Origin: a virus | Taxonomy: Duplodnaviria; Caudoviricetes | IMG/VR virus record: IMGVR_UViG_3300032213_001563 | Location: 1-61,519 of that record | DNA: 61,519 nucleotides | Reading direction: 5' to 3' (one strand) | In this document: in pieces, positions 46,781 through 56,233 of the stretch | Layout: each line of letters starts with the position of its first letter | Numbering within the stretch: the stretch's first letter is position 1 | The notes under the pieces: model-generated | What the model was told of the DNA's origin: nothing | The model's database searches: none | What the model saw: only the letters and a program-made list of their open reading frames with translations | Translations under genes and position numbers: made by a program

Positions 46781-48550
46781 TTACACGAATCTGCGAGCGC
46801 GCCCCGCGACGTCAAGCCTGTTTAGCGCCTTCTTCAATGATGAGACTTGACGGCCCCGGCTTGACACATTGCGCGTAGCTGGCTTCTCGACAGAAGAGAA
46901 CCCAAGTCTTGACCTACAGAGGTCAACAAGAATGAAAGCCGCATCGGCTAAGTCAGGGCTGAAGCCTACACGGTCCTTCATGTCAACCTTACTCTCTGCT
47001 CGGAGGAGAAGCTTCCCTGCCCCTTTGACAGTCTGGTATCTACGAGATGTCATTTCTCGGATCGTTGAAGCATCAAGGCCGCTTATCTGCTTAGCTCTCA
47101 GCAACTCCTTGCCAGCAAACCAAAGCTCTGACACACGATCGGCATATCTTTCATAGGAAGGTGAGCGGTCAGAAGAAGAAACCGGAGTATCGGATGCCCT
47201 GCCGCTGAAGTTGACTCGGAGGAAGTCAGGCCCCCACAATACCGCTAGCACGTCAGCGAATGGGGCACCACCACCCGTGGCATCGAGTGCAAAGTTACGC
47301 AGGGTCACTCCTCTCTTGACGCATTCATCTCGAACCTGACGGCAGATCTGGTGGGTGCGTGGGTCCGTCTTGTTAGTCGCGTCCTCAGCAATGAGGAGAA
47401 CCTCGTCAAGGAAGAGATGCCGTGCCCCGCCGATAGTCTTACCTACCGTCCCGAATCGTAATACGCACCGGTCCCCGCCAGCCGTAAAGGCTACGTCAAG
47501 CGCAGCTACCCGAGTCTTCCCAGCATCGGGAGCCCAGATAGGCTGTGAAGTTCCTCCGCCGCGTTCAATTTCAGTATCCGAGTAAATGCTATCCTCAGCA
47601 CCAAGCGGGCACCAGAACCCCTTGATCATTCGGTAATATGCGACGGACTTATCACCCAGCTTAGCAGCTTCATCCAAATCAGACTGCTTTGCTAGGAATG
47701 GGTACTTGGTGAAGCCTAACGTAATGTTAGGGCTACGCTCGGCATCAAACCGGATGAAGTGGCCATACTTAGTTTTCCAAGAGTAGTCTATCTCAGACAC
47801 GGAGGTCCACCCATCAAGAGGTTCGGAGAAGCGGCCATGCGGGTCGTAATGCGAGTTAGGGTTCCCAATCCCGACCATCTTGAAGTCTTCGTTTCGAGCT
47901 AGGTTAGAGAACGCAGTCGTCAAGATACTGTCGGCTAGCTCGGGCAACTCGTCAGCGATTAGTCGCAGGCGCGGGGCTTTGAAGCCCATGAACTTGTTTT
48001 GGGCGTCACGCTCTTTCTTGCGGTCAGAAGCTACAAGAGTTAGGCCAAACTTGTCGGACTGAATGCCCTCAGACTCGAAACGAATAACACCCTGCGAGGA
48101 GACCAACTTACCCGGCAGCCCTGGAACAGCCTGGAAGTAGTCTTCCACCGTGGACCAGATACGCTTACGAGAGTCCTTGAGGGAGGTAGAGGTATAGAGA
48201 ACCTGTGTCGCATGAGGTGCGCACAAAAATTCAATGAGGCCCCACACAGCGAAGAAGTCTGTCTTACCGGAACTAGCGCAGCCACCCACGGACAAGTATT
48301 TATGGCTGCAGATCGCTTCAAGCATCTCTTCTGCCCATGGATGCCAGATGAAATTTTTGCTCGAACCCGGATGATTCCACAAAAGATCAACCGCTTGGCG
48401 AAAATGATGGGCTGTGCCAGGAGACTCAGGCGCTCCTTCGCGATAGCAGAACAACTCAATGTCTAAGTCGCTGACTTCATCCCCCCAGATAAGCCCATAC
48501 TTCTCCCGTTCGGCTGGGACGGGCAGACTTTTTTTCTTGACTGTGGCCAT
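46781..48550 (-). CDS. terL: Terminase large subunit
   Basis: Walker A GCASSGKT, Walker B LIADE, GIGNP coupling motif, nuclease ALDVAFTAGGD ... SPDLADA. Confidence 0.92.
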   Translation of the reverse strand: MATVKKKSLPVPAEREKYGLIWGDEVSDLDIELFCYREGAPESPGTAHHFRQAVDLLWNHPGSSKNFIWHPWAEEMLEAICSHKYLSVGGCASSGKTDFFAVWGLIEFLCAPHATQVLYTSTSLKDSRKRIWSTVEDYFQAVPGLPGKLVSSQGVIRFESEGIQSDKFGLTLVASDRKKERDAQNKFMGFKAPRLRLIADELPELADSILTTAFSNLARNEDFKMVGIGNPNSHYDPHGRFSEPLDGWTSVSEIDYSWKTKYGHFIRFDAERSPNITLGFTKYPFLAKQSDLDEAAKLGDKSVAYYRMIKGFWCPLGAEDSIYSDTEIERGGGTSQPIWAPDAGKTRVAALDVAFTAGGDRCVLRFGTVGKTIGGARHLFLDEVLLIAEDATNKTDPRTHQICRQVRDECVKRGVTLRNFALDATGGGAPFADVLAVLWGPDFLRVNFSGRASDTPVSSSDRSPSYERYADRVSELWFAGKELLRAKQISGLDASTIREMTSRRYQTVKGAGKLLLRAESKVDMKDRVGFSPDLADAAFILVDLCRSRLGFSSVEKPATRNVSSRGRQVSSLKKALNRLDVAGRARRFV

Positions 48551-48565
48551 ACAAAGTTGTAATAT
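48537..48565 (+). promoter_or_regulatory. sigma70-like promoter for the recombinase/replication operon
   Basis: TTGACT (48537-42)-N17-TAATAT (48560-65). Confidence 0.6.
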
Positions 48566-48576
48566 ACTACATTCAC

Positions 48577-48605
48577 ATGTTACCCCATGAAAAAAACTAA
48601 GTCAA
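48577..48605 (-). promoter_or_regulatory. sigma70-like promoter for the terL/virion operon
   Basis: Minus strand TTGACT (48605-00)-N17-TAACAT (48582-77). Confidence 0.55.
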
Positions 48606-49459
48606 CAAAGCCAGCCACTGTGTCCGAAGTAGCCAAAGCGTTTATCAAAAGTCGCCGCTTCGAGGGGATGTCCCAAGCCTACATCAGAGCAGTGAAAATT
48701 TATATGAAGATTTTCATCGACTACTTTGGCGAAACTCCGCTGATAGAAGTTACCCCGGAGAAAGCGATGGCATCAGCGTTCCGACACTGGAGCCCTACAA
48801 CAAGAGATAACTATATCCGCATCCTGAAGACCTTTGCTTCATGGGCGCGTGATAACGACTTCATCCCTTATGACCGGCGGACGTTTGCCGAGCGGATCAA
48901 GAAAGTAAAGATCATCCTAGATGAGCCTGAGTTCTTCACGACCGAAGAAATGCGCCGCCTGCTGTCAGTGGCTAGCATGCTTGTAGGCGGAGACGAAGAG
49001 TTCCTAATTCCCGTCCTCGTTTTAGGCGGGTTTGTTGGTATGCGCGCCAGCGAGATATGCCGAGTTAGGTGGGAGGACATCGACCTTGCCCACAAAGCAA
49101 TAAGGCTCGGGCCAAGGGTCACAAAGACCGGTCGCAGGCGCATAGCCATCATACCCGATAACGCGGTAGCGTGGCTAAAACACGTAGAGAAAAAGATCGG
49201 ATTCGTCGTCCCCCAGCATATTGTTCAGAACCTGAACCGGTACACAGGAATGATGGCAACGGAATCAGGGGTGGAATGGAAGAACAACGCGCTGCGCCAC
49301 TCCTATGTGACCTATGCTATGGCCCAGGAGCGTGATGCCTGGAAAGTATCTGAGCAAGTGGGCAACTCTCCGCGAGTTCTGCAAGCCCATTACAAAGGAC
49401 TTGTGCTGGCATCGGATGCAGTAGAGTGGTTTAATATCACACCCGATAACACACTATGA
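48587..49459 (+). CDS. Tyrosine recombinase/integrase (short, Xer-sized, 290 aa)
   Basis: GMRASEI (R), TKT (K), NALRHSY, GNS, HY (catalytic Tyr). Confidence 0.9.
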   Translation: MKKTKSTKPATVSEVAKAFIKSRRFEGMSQAYIRAVKIYMKIFIDYFGETPLIEVTPEKAMASAFRHWSPTTRDNYIRILKTFASWARDNDFIPYDRRTFAERIKKVKIILDEPEFFTTEEMRRLLSVASMLVGGDEEFLIPVLVLGGFVGMRASEICRVRWEDIDLAHKAIRLGPRVTKTGRRRIAIIPDNAVAWLKHVEKKIGFVVPQHIVQNLNRYTGMMATESGVEWKNNALRHSYVTYAMAQERDAWKVSEQVGNSPRVLQAHYKGLVLASDAVEWFNITPDNTL

Positions 49460-49935
49460 AGAGAAACCTAATAGCAATCGACCCTGGACTGAGTGGCGGA
49501 ATCATCATCGGTAGCGAAGATGAGCTAACCCCACGAGGCATCGGGGCTATGCCAGCCACAGAGGCTGACGTCGTAGAGATCCTCCGTGAAGCCGTCGTGG
49601 GCTCAGAAGACACTCCAGTCCTAGTTGTAGAGAAGCTTCCTCTCTTCGTGTCAGTCCCAGGTGGTCGCGTAAGCGGAGCCAGCATGGCCAAGCTACACCG
49701 TAACGCAGGTCTCATCACAGGTGCTGCCCTTGCGCTATGTATCCGCATCATCGAAGTTGATCCTCATTCATGGCAGAAACACTTCCGGCTTGGAACAAAG
49801 AAGTCCGCTGGAGGCTACACTGCCTGGAAAAACGTCCTCAAAGGGGAAGCACAGAAACGCTTTCCATCCGTCAAAGTAACCCATGCAATATCCGACGCAC
49901 TCCTGATCTGGGAGTTCGCTAAGACCCTCAAATGA
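49456..49935 (+). CDS. RuvC-like Holliday junction resolvase
   Basis: IAIDPGLSGG, VVE, P..WQK, SDALLI. Confidence 0.8.
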   Translation: MKRNLIAIDPGLSGGIIIGSEDELTPRGIGAMPATEADVVEILREAVVGSEDTPVLVVEKLPLFVSVPGGRVSGASMAKLHRNAGLITGAALALCIRIIEVDPHSWQKHFRLGTKKSAGGYTAWKNVLKGEAQKRFPSVKVTHAISDALLIWEFAKTLK

Positions 49936-52622
49936 AAGCCCCGTATCCTCAGCAGGATGAGCACATCAACGCGCTCGTCAACATCATCAACACGTACCGA
50001 GCGGCGCTTGACTCCTCAAAGACAGGCACAGGCAAGACCCTATGCGCCGCTGAAGTAGCTAAGCGATTGGGGTTCAACGTCTTTGTTGTCGCTCCGAAGG
50101 CTACTCTGGTAAACTGGTCCCGCGTTCTCAAAGAACAGGGAGCTGGTGTTGTAGGCATCATCAATTACGAGAAGCTCCGCATGGGGAAGACGGGTTTCGG
50201 GGGGTGGAAAAAAGGTGCCTTTTATTTCAACTTGCCCCCGAAGACATTGATCGTGTTTGACGAGGTCCACGTCTGCAAGGGTCACTATACTCAAAATGCC
50301 AAGGTGCTCATAGGCGCAGCCTCATTCCATACGCTAATGCTCAGCGCAACGGCGTGTGAAAACCCCGTGGAGATGCGGGCGTTAGGGTATCTACTTGGGC
50401 TACACACCCTCAAGGATTTCTATGGATGGGCTATCCGGTTCGGAGCTACCCCGAACGCATGGGGCGCGCTAGAGTTTGTCAAAAAGGCTGGCAGCGATGC
50501 TCACCTCGATCGACTCCGTCGCCTTGTGTATCCTATCCATGGTCACATGCTGACGCGAGAGGACCTGTCCGAGTTCTTCCCCAACGGCCAAATCATCTAT
50601 GACCCTATTTCCTTCGGCAGCTCGACAGAGATTACCAAGCTACTAGATGAGTGTAGTGAAGAGCTCCAAGTAATCATTGACAAAGAGATAGAGGAAAAGC
50701 TCACGCTCAAAGGCAACCCTGCTGAAGCGATGGTAAAAGTAACCAGAGCTCGCCAGAAAGTCGAAATATTAAAGATGCCGGAAATTCGGCTGATGGTGAA
50801 AGACCGGCTAGAAGAAGGCAAGTCCGTTGCTGTCTTTCTCAACTATAACCAGAGCGTCAAGTATCTGTGCGACTTGCTAGAGTCGGACGGCATAACAGCA
50901 GGAAAGATCTGGGGCGAAGAACCTAGAACAGCTAAGCGACAACAAGTCGTCGATGCTTTCCAGCAAGACGAAATCCATGTCCTCATCTGCAACATTGCTG
51001 CAGGCGGGACCGGAGTGAACCTCCACCATACTGACACAGCAGTTCGCCCGCGAGAGTCTCTCATATCACCGTGCTATAACGCAAAGGTGATGGAGCAGGT
51101 CTTCGGACGCATCGACCGTGCCGGTGCTAAGTCTGATCCAATCAACCGCGTCCTCGTGGCTGCTGGATCTGTTGAAGAAAAAGTTATGCAATCTGTGCAA
51201 ATCAAGATTGACAACATGAGCAGGCTACACAAAAAGTCGTTTATTACAACTATGCCAAGGACACCAACCTACCCCGCACCTACAACAGAAAGTGCTATCG
51301 AAGTCGATGCTACCGTCATCGAGACAGCCCCAAAAGCTGAAACGCCCGTCCCCGCAGCAGCGGAGAAACCCCAGAAAGTAGAGCGCAAACGCAAGGCCAA
51401 AAAAGAAGAGGCTCCTGCTGCAGCGCCAGAACCTGCGCCAGCTCCGGTTATCGCTGAAACACCAGCAGTCGTAACCCCAGCCACAGGGGAAGACGCTGTG
51501 AAGAAGAGCGGAGAACGCGGCCACGCTAGTTTCTCCCCGTCGCAACTTGATAGTTTGTCGATCTGCCCTGGCTACAAAGGCGGGACATCGAGCCCGACGG
51601 CGATGAAAGCTGCTGAGCAAGGCACACGTTGTCATGCAGCTTGCGAGACCGGAGACCTAACAGGACTCACCGAGGAAGAGCGGATGCTCGTAGAGATGGC
51701 TGTTGGGTATGAAGCCGACGTCGCTGTAGGAGCTATCGAGGTCAAACGTGAAATCTGCGTGGAAGTGTTCGACCAATGGGGCTTCCTTGACACGTTGATT
51801 ATCAAGCCCGACGGCAAAGCCGACATCGTTGACTTCAAGTTCGGCGTCATGCCTGTCCGTGATGCCGAGTTCAACATCCAAATGAAGGCTTACACCTACG
51901 GTGTCTGGGTCATGTTCCCAAGCATCAAGGAGATTACCGTTCACCTTGTTCAGCCTAAACTTGATACGATCACCTTCCATACGTGGGATCGCGATCGTGA
52001 TATGGAAAACATCGGAACAGAGATCAAACAGGTCATCGAACGCGCTAAGCTGGCGAGGGCTGATTTCTTCTCTCCAGACGTCGAAAAACTCTTTACGCCG
52101 CTCTGTGAAGCCTGTGATTTCTGCGGAAATCGCGCACGCTGCCGACCTCTTTCCAGGAAAGTCATCAAGATTTCTTCAAAATACGACCCTGTATTCGGAG
52201 TTCTTGACGACCCAATGATGCGCCCAGGCGAGATTCGTGACCCAAAAACATTGGGATTGCTGCTCCGCGCAGCCAAGATCGCAGCGAAATGGGCAGAAGA
52301 TGTCCAGACGTCAGCACTCGAACAAGCTCTCACAGAGGGCATCGTCCCAGAAGACTTCCGCCTCGTCGAAGTCAATAAGCCACGCCGGGTAAGTAACCCG
52401 CTTTTGGCCTACGAGGCACTCAAAGACAAGATCGCATGGGAAGACATGCTGGCTTGTGCTACCGGTGTAAGCATCGGTAAGCTAGAAGAAATTTTCACCG
52501 AATCTGCTCCTCGGGGCGAGAAGGCGAAATACAAGGCTCTGCTCACGGATCGTCTCCAAGATGCCGGAGCCTTGGTGTCCGAAGGAACCTATCACAAACT
52601 AGATCCCATTCGGACTAAGTAA
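49932..52622 (+). CDS. SF2 helicase fused through a Pro/Ala linker to a PD-(D/E)xK (DUF2800/Cas4-like) nuclease
   Basis: KTGTGKT, DEVH, SAT, GGTGVNL, QVFGRIDR; then HASFSPS, GTRCH, GFLD...IVDFKFG, Q..Y, CDFC....C. Confidence 0.85.
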   Translation: MKAPYPQQDEHINALVNIINTYRAALDSSKTGTGKTLCAAEVAKRLGFNVFVVAPKATLVNWSRVLKEQGAGVVGIINYEKLRMGKTGFGGWKKGAFYFNLPPKTLIVFDEVHVCKGHYTQNAKVLIGAASFHTLMLSATACENPVEMRALGYLLGLHTLKDFYGWAIRFGATPNAWGALEFVKKAGSDAHLDRLRRLVYPIHGHMLTREDLSEFFPNGQIIYDPISFGSSTEITKLLDECSEELQVIIDKEIEEKLTLKGNPAEAMVKVTRARQKVEILKMPEIRLMVKDRLEEGKSVAVFLNYNQSVKYLCDLLESDGITAGKIWGEEPRTAKRQQVVDAFQQDEIHVLICNIAAGGTGVNLHHTDTAVRPRESLISPCYNAKVMEQVFGRIDRAGAKSDPINRVLVAAGSVEEKVMQSVQIKIDNMSRLHKKSFITTMPRTPTYPAPTTESAIEVDATVIETAPKAETPVPAAAEKPQKVERKRKAKKEEAPAAAPEPAPAPVIAETPAVVTPATGEDAVKKSGERGHASFSPSQLDSLSICPGYKGGTSSPTAMKAAEQGTRCHAACETGDLTGLTEEERMLVEMAVGYEADVAVGAIEVKREICVEVFDQWGFLDTLIIKPDGKADIVDFKFGVMPVRDAEFNIQMKAYTYGVWVMFPSIKEITVHLVQPKLDTITFHTWDRDRDMENIGTEIKQVIERAKLARADFFSPDVEKLFTPLCEACDFCGNRARCRPLSRKVIKISSKYDPVFGVLDDPMMRPGEIRDPKTLGLLLRAAKIAAKWAEDVQTSALEQALTEGIVPEDFRLVEVNKPRRVSNPLLAYEALKDKIAWEDMLACATGVSIGKLEEIFTESAPRGEKAKYKALLTDRLQDAGALVSEGTYHKLDPIRTK

Positions 52623-52663
52623 GGAAACCAACGAAACTACAGAAACTACAGAAACTAAATACT

Positions 52664-53470
52664 ATGGCTAGCATCTCATTCAATCGTCGCCCAGCTACAC
52701 CCACGTCGGCTGAAAGCACACCGGAAGTCGTCGAACGCTACGAGTCAACTCGTGACGTTCCAGTCGCCGGAGCTCCAGTCCGCACGGAAACACCAGCAGT
52801 CGTAGCCCCAGCTACGCTCAGCACCAGTGTTGCCGCTGCTTCTGACACGGACGTCCAGGGCGACGTCAACCTCTCCGACCTTCGTCTTCCAAGGCTCAAT
52901 CTCGTGCAGCGCACGGGAGACCTCCCAGACAAGTTCGGCTTCGGCGAGTTCGTCCTCAACAAGACCTGCCTGATCCCACGGCCCCTAGAGTTCATCGCTC
53001 TGAGCCTCAAGAAGCAGTTCCAAGAGAAGCGCCCTTACGGCGACACAGAACGCGGGGCTGTCTATGACAGTGCTGAAGAAGTCAGGGCTGCAGGTGGCTC
53101 GATCGGCTTTGGAGACTACCAATTCTCCGAGCTGGCGCACATCTTCATGCTCATCAAGAAAGACGCTTCCATCGACACGATGGAAGACGCTGATGCAGTG
53201 CGTGACTTGTTCATGTATGAAATCGCCGGAGATCTTTGGGCTCCAGTGATTTACAGCGTGGGCCGCAGCGCCTACACCAGTCTGGGTAAAGCACTCTTGA
53301 CAGCACGCCAATTCACGCTGCGCAAAGGTCTTTACACCGGCAAGTGGAGTCTGACGTCATCCGTCAACAAAGGCGCGAAGGGAAGCTGGGTAACTCCAAT
53401 CCCGACATTCCGTGGACGCCTTTCTGACGCTGACGCAGAGATCGCCAACGCTATCCGCAGAGGCGAATAA
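52664..53470 (+). CDS. Putative ssDNA-binding/recombination protein
   Basis: Position after the nuclease; DLRLPRLNLVQ motif; highly biased codons. Confidence 0.5.
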   Translation: MASISFNRRPATPTSAESTPEVVERYESTRDVPVAGAPVRTETPAVVAPATLSTSVAAASDTDVQGDVNLSDLRLPRLNLVQRTGDLPDKFGFGEFVLNKTCLIPRPLEFIALSLKKQFQEKRPYGDTERGAVYDSAEEVRAAGGSIGFGDYQFSELAHIFMLIKKDASIDTMEDADAVRDLFMYEIAGDLWAPVIYSVGRSAYTSLGKALLTARQFTLRKGLYTGKWSLTSSVNKGAKGSWVTPIPTFRGRLSDADAEIANAIRRGE

Positions 53471-53543
53471 CCCCAAACCAATCCGGCTCCCTCTGTAACA
53501 ATGCGGAGGGAGCCAAACCCAAAAACGAAAAGAGAACCTAGTT

Positions 53544-53966
53544 ATGACACCCGATACCGAAACACCGACACCAGAAAATGAAACCGCCGCCTCCATCCCG
53601 CAAGAGCTGTTCCAAGCACCAGTAAATCTGCCCGATGGCAGCTCTGTTACAGTAGTCCTTACCCTCGACCCACTGGGTAACGTCTCATTCTTCCTCGACC
53701 GCAAAATCCAACAGGACCAATTCGGTCCAGCAGCTATCGTTGAGGTAGCCGCAAGACTATCCAAGCTCAACGACACCCTCATCAACTACATCAATGCCCG
53801 CATCGCCGAAGCCAGAGCGACCCTCGAAAAAGAAGAACAGCCCGAGCTCCCCCTCGATCAACAACCTGACGAGCTTTCTTCGGACGCTACCCCCTGCGAA
53901 ACCGGGACCTGTTGTGGTGGATGTGAGCCTAGTGAAGTCGCTGCACACGCTAGCGAGCCGCAATAA
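53544..53966 (+). CDS. Acidic hypothetical protein
   Basis: ORF in replication operon. Confidence 0.65.
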   Translation: MTPDTETPTPENETAASIPQELFQAPVNLPDGSSVTVVLTLDPLGNVSFFLDRKIQQDQFGPAAIVEVAARLSKLNDTLINYINARIAEARATLEKEEQPELPLDQQPDELSSDATPCETGTCCGGCEPSEVAAHASEPQ

Positions 53967-53987
53967 TATCTCGATCGCCATCCGCGT

Positions 53988-54377
53988 ATGTCCCCAGAAT
54001 CCATCGAAGGCAAAGCTATGGCGGTTGGAATGACCGACCCAAAAGGTGAGGCGGGTAAATTGAAGTGCCCGCTTCACTTGCTGCCTCCCCACGCGCTTAA
54101 CCAAACGGCATGGGTCCAGGCTCTAGGAGCCCGTAAATACGGCCACTGGAACTGGCGTCAGAACAAAGTAGAAGCAATGACCTATGTCGGAGCGATACTT
54201 CGTCACATGAACGCTTGGGCCTCCGGTGAGGACGACGATCCAGAATCTGGATACTCGCACCTCGCTCACATTGCGGCAGGATGTAACATCCTGATGGACG
54301 CATCTCACGTTGGGAACCTAGTTGACAACCGACCACACCGGTTGTTTCCAGCGACCCAGCAGCAAACAGGCGACTAA
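53988..54377 (+). CDS. dATP/dGTP diphosphohydrolase-domain protein (DUF5664-like)
   Basis: K.PLHLLP...GARKYG.WNWR...RH..AW..GEDDDPESG.SHLAH. Confidence 0.8.
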   Translation: MSPESIEGKAMAVGMTDPKGEAGKLKCPLHLLPPHALNQTAWVQALGARKYGHWNWRQNKVEAMTYVGAILRHMNAWASGEDDDPESGYSHLAHIAAGCNILMDASHVGNLVDNRPHRLFPATQQQTGD

Positions 54378-54447
54378 CCTCGCCTCCCCAAATGCAAAGA
54401 ATCCGGGCGGAAGGTGACTCCTTCCGCCCTCAACATCAAAACACTAA

Positions 54448-56232
54448 ATGAAGACAGCGGCGATTGACTTTGAGACTTACTACGACTCAACATACGGCAT
54501 CACAATCCAGGGCACGAGGAACTACATCTTCGACTCGCGGTTCGACGCCTACATGGTGACGATAAAAACAGATACCGGCATCGAGTATGCTGGTCCCCCA
54601 GCAGACTTTGACTGGAAGCAGATTAGCGGAGACGGGTGGCAATGGCTACACCACAACGCGAGCTTTGACGAACTGGTGATCGAACGCCTGCGCAAGGATG
54701 GCATCGTCCCAGCAGACGCGATACCAGAGGTGACTCACTGCACAGCGGATCTCTGCGCATACCTGGGAGGTCCGAGAAACCTAGCAGGCGCGTCCAAGTT
54801 CTTCCTCAACGAGGAGGTATCAAAGGAAACCCGATCAGCCATGCTTGGCCAGAAATGGGAAAGCATGACCGAAGAGTTCCGCAAAGAAGTTACCATATAC
54901 GCAATGCGGGACGCTTCTCTGACCCTCTTGCTGTGGCAGAAACTAGGCGACCAATGGCCTGATAACGAACGACTTCTGTCAAGACATACGCGCAGGATCG
55001 CATGGGACGGTATCCCGATCGACGTGGAAGAGCTCGACAAATCCATCCCAGAGCTCGAACGCCGTAATTGGGAAGCAGGAACCCGCCTACCATGGTACCA
55101 TGAAGGCGAAGAGAAACCACTCAGCCCTAAAGCACTGGCCGAACAATGCCGCAAAGTAGGCATCGAGCCTCCACCAAGCCTAGCAAAGGACTCCGCAGAC
55201 TGCGCAGCATGGGAAGATAAGTATGGAGATGACTACCCATGGGTAGCCGCGATGCGGGAATACCGCAGAACTAACACATTGCTGGAGCGTCTCAAGGCTA
55301 TGAGAGCCCGAGTGACCCCAGCACGCGACATGAACTACGGATTGCTCTACTTTGGGGCGTCAGTGACGGGTCGATGGTCAGGAGCAGACGGCGTCAACGT
55401 GCAGAACCTGCCGTCAAAGCCAATGTTCGGGGTAGATTTCCGCAGTTTGCTGAAGGCTCCTCCAGGATATGTCTTCATCAACGCGGACTTGAGCCAGATC
55501 GAACCACGTTGCCTAGCGTGGTTGGCTGGAAATGAGGAACTTCTGCAGAAACTTCGGGATGGGATGGCGATTTACGAAGCCCACGCCCGAACATCTATGG
55601 GTTGGACGGGTGGAAAGCTCAAGAACGAGGATTCACACCTCTATGCGCTCGCGAAAGCCCGCGTTTTGTCGCTGGGTTACGGGGCTGGAGCGGATCAATT
55701 CGTGGTAATGGCAGCCAACTACGGCATCAAGCTCACTAATTCGGAGGCAGAATCCGTTATTGCAGCATTCCGAGCCAGCGAACCACTTATCTGTGGGCGC
55801 AGCGGGGTCTGGAACAACCTGCAAAACGGCATGAATGCCGCCGCCGCGAAGCGGGAAGACTACCATGTAGAGCTTCCATCGGGCCGAGTTCTCCGGTTTT
55901 TGCGCCCTAGCCGACTAGGAGGCTTGACAGCCGAGACCGTAACCGGTCGTGGAGTTACTCGAAGGAAGTGGTGGGGAGGTAGCCTCGCCCAGAATGTTTG
56001 CCAAGCCACCGCCCGCGACGTGTTCGCGAGCTTTATACCAGTGATCGAGTATGAATTAGGTCTGCCTATTCTGTTCCATGTCCATGACGAACTGACGTGT
56101 CTCGTCAAGGAAGACAAAGCCGAGGATGCGCTGCGCGACCTGCTGCAGGTAATGCGCACACCTCCTTCATTCATGCCCGGCCTGCCCCTAGACGCAGAGG
56201 GCAAGATCGTCACAACCTATCCAAACAAGTAA
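54448..56232 (+). CDS. DNA polymerase family A with 3'-5' exonuclease
   Basis: IDFET, HNASFD, YAMRD; TGRWS, ADLSQIEPR, K...LSLGYG, HVHDE. Confidence 0.92.
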   Translation: MKTAAIDFETYYDSTYGITIQGTRNYIFDSRFDAYMVTIKTDTGIEYAGPPADFDWKQISGDGWQWLHHNASFDELVIERLRKDGIVPADAIPEVTHCTADLCAYLGGPRNLAGASKFFLNEEVSKETRSAMLGQKWESMTEEFRKEVTIYAMRDASLTLLLWQKLGDQWPDNERLLSRHTRRIAWDGIPIDVEELDKSIPELERRNWEAGTRLPWYHEGEEKPLSPKALAEQCRKVGIEPPPSLAKDSADCAAWEDKYGDDYPWVAAMREYRRTNTLLERLKAMRARVTPARDMNYGLLYFGASVTGRWSGADGVNVQNLPSKPMFGVDFRSLLKAPPGYVFINADLSQIEPRCLAWLAGNEELLQKLRDGMAIYEAHARTSMGWTGGKLKNEDSHLYALAKARVLSLGYGAGADQFVVMAANYGIKLTNSEAESVIAAFRASEPLICGRSGVWNNLQNGMNAAAAKREDYHVELPSGRVLRFLRPSRLGGLTAETVTGRGVTRRKWWGGSLAQNVCQATARDVFASFIPVIEYELGLPILFHVHDELTCLVKEDKAEDALRDLLQVMRTPPSFMPGLPLDAEGKIVTTYPNK

Positions 56233-56233
56233 T

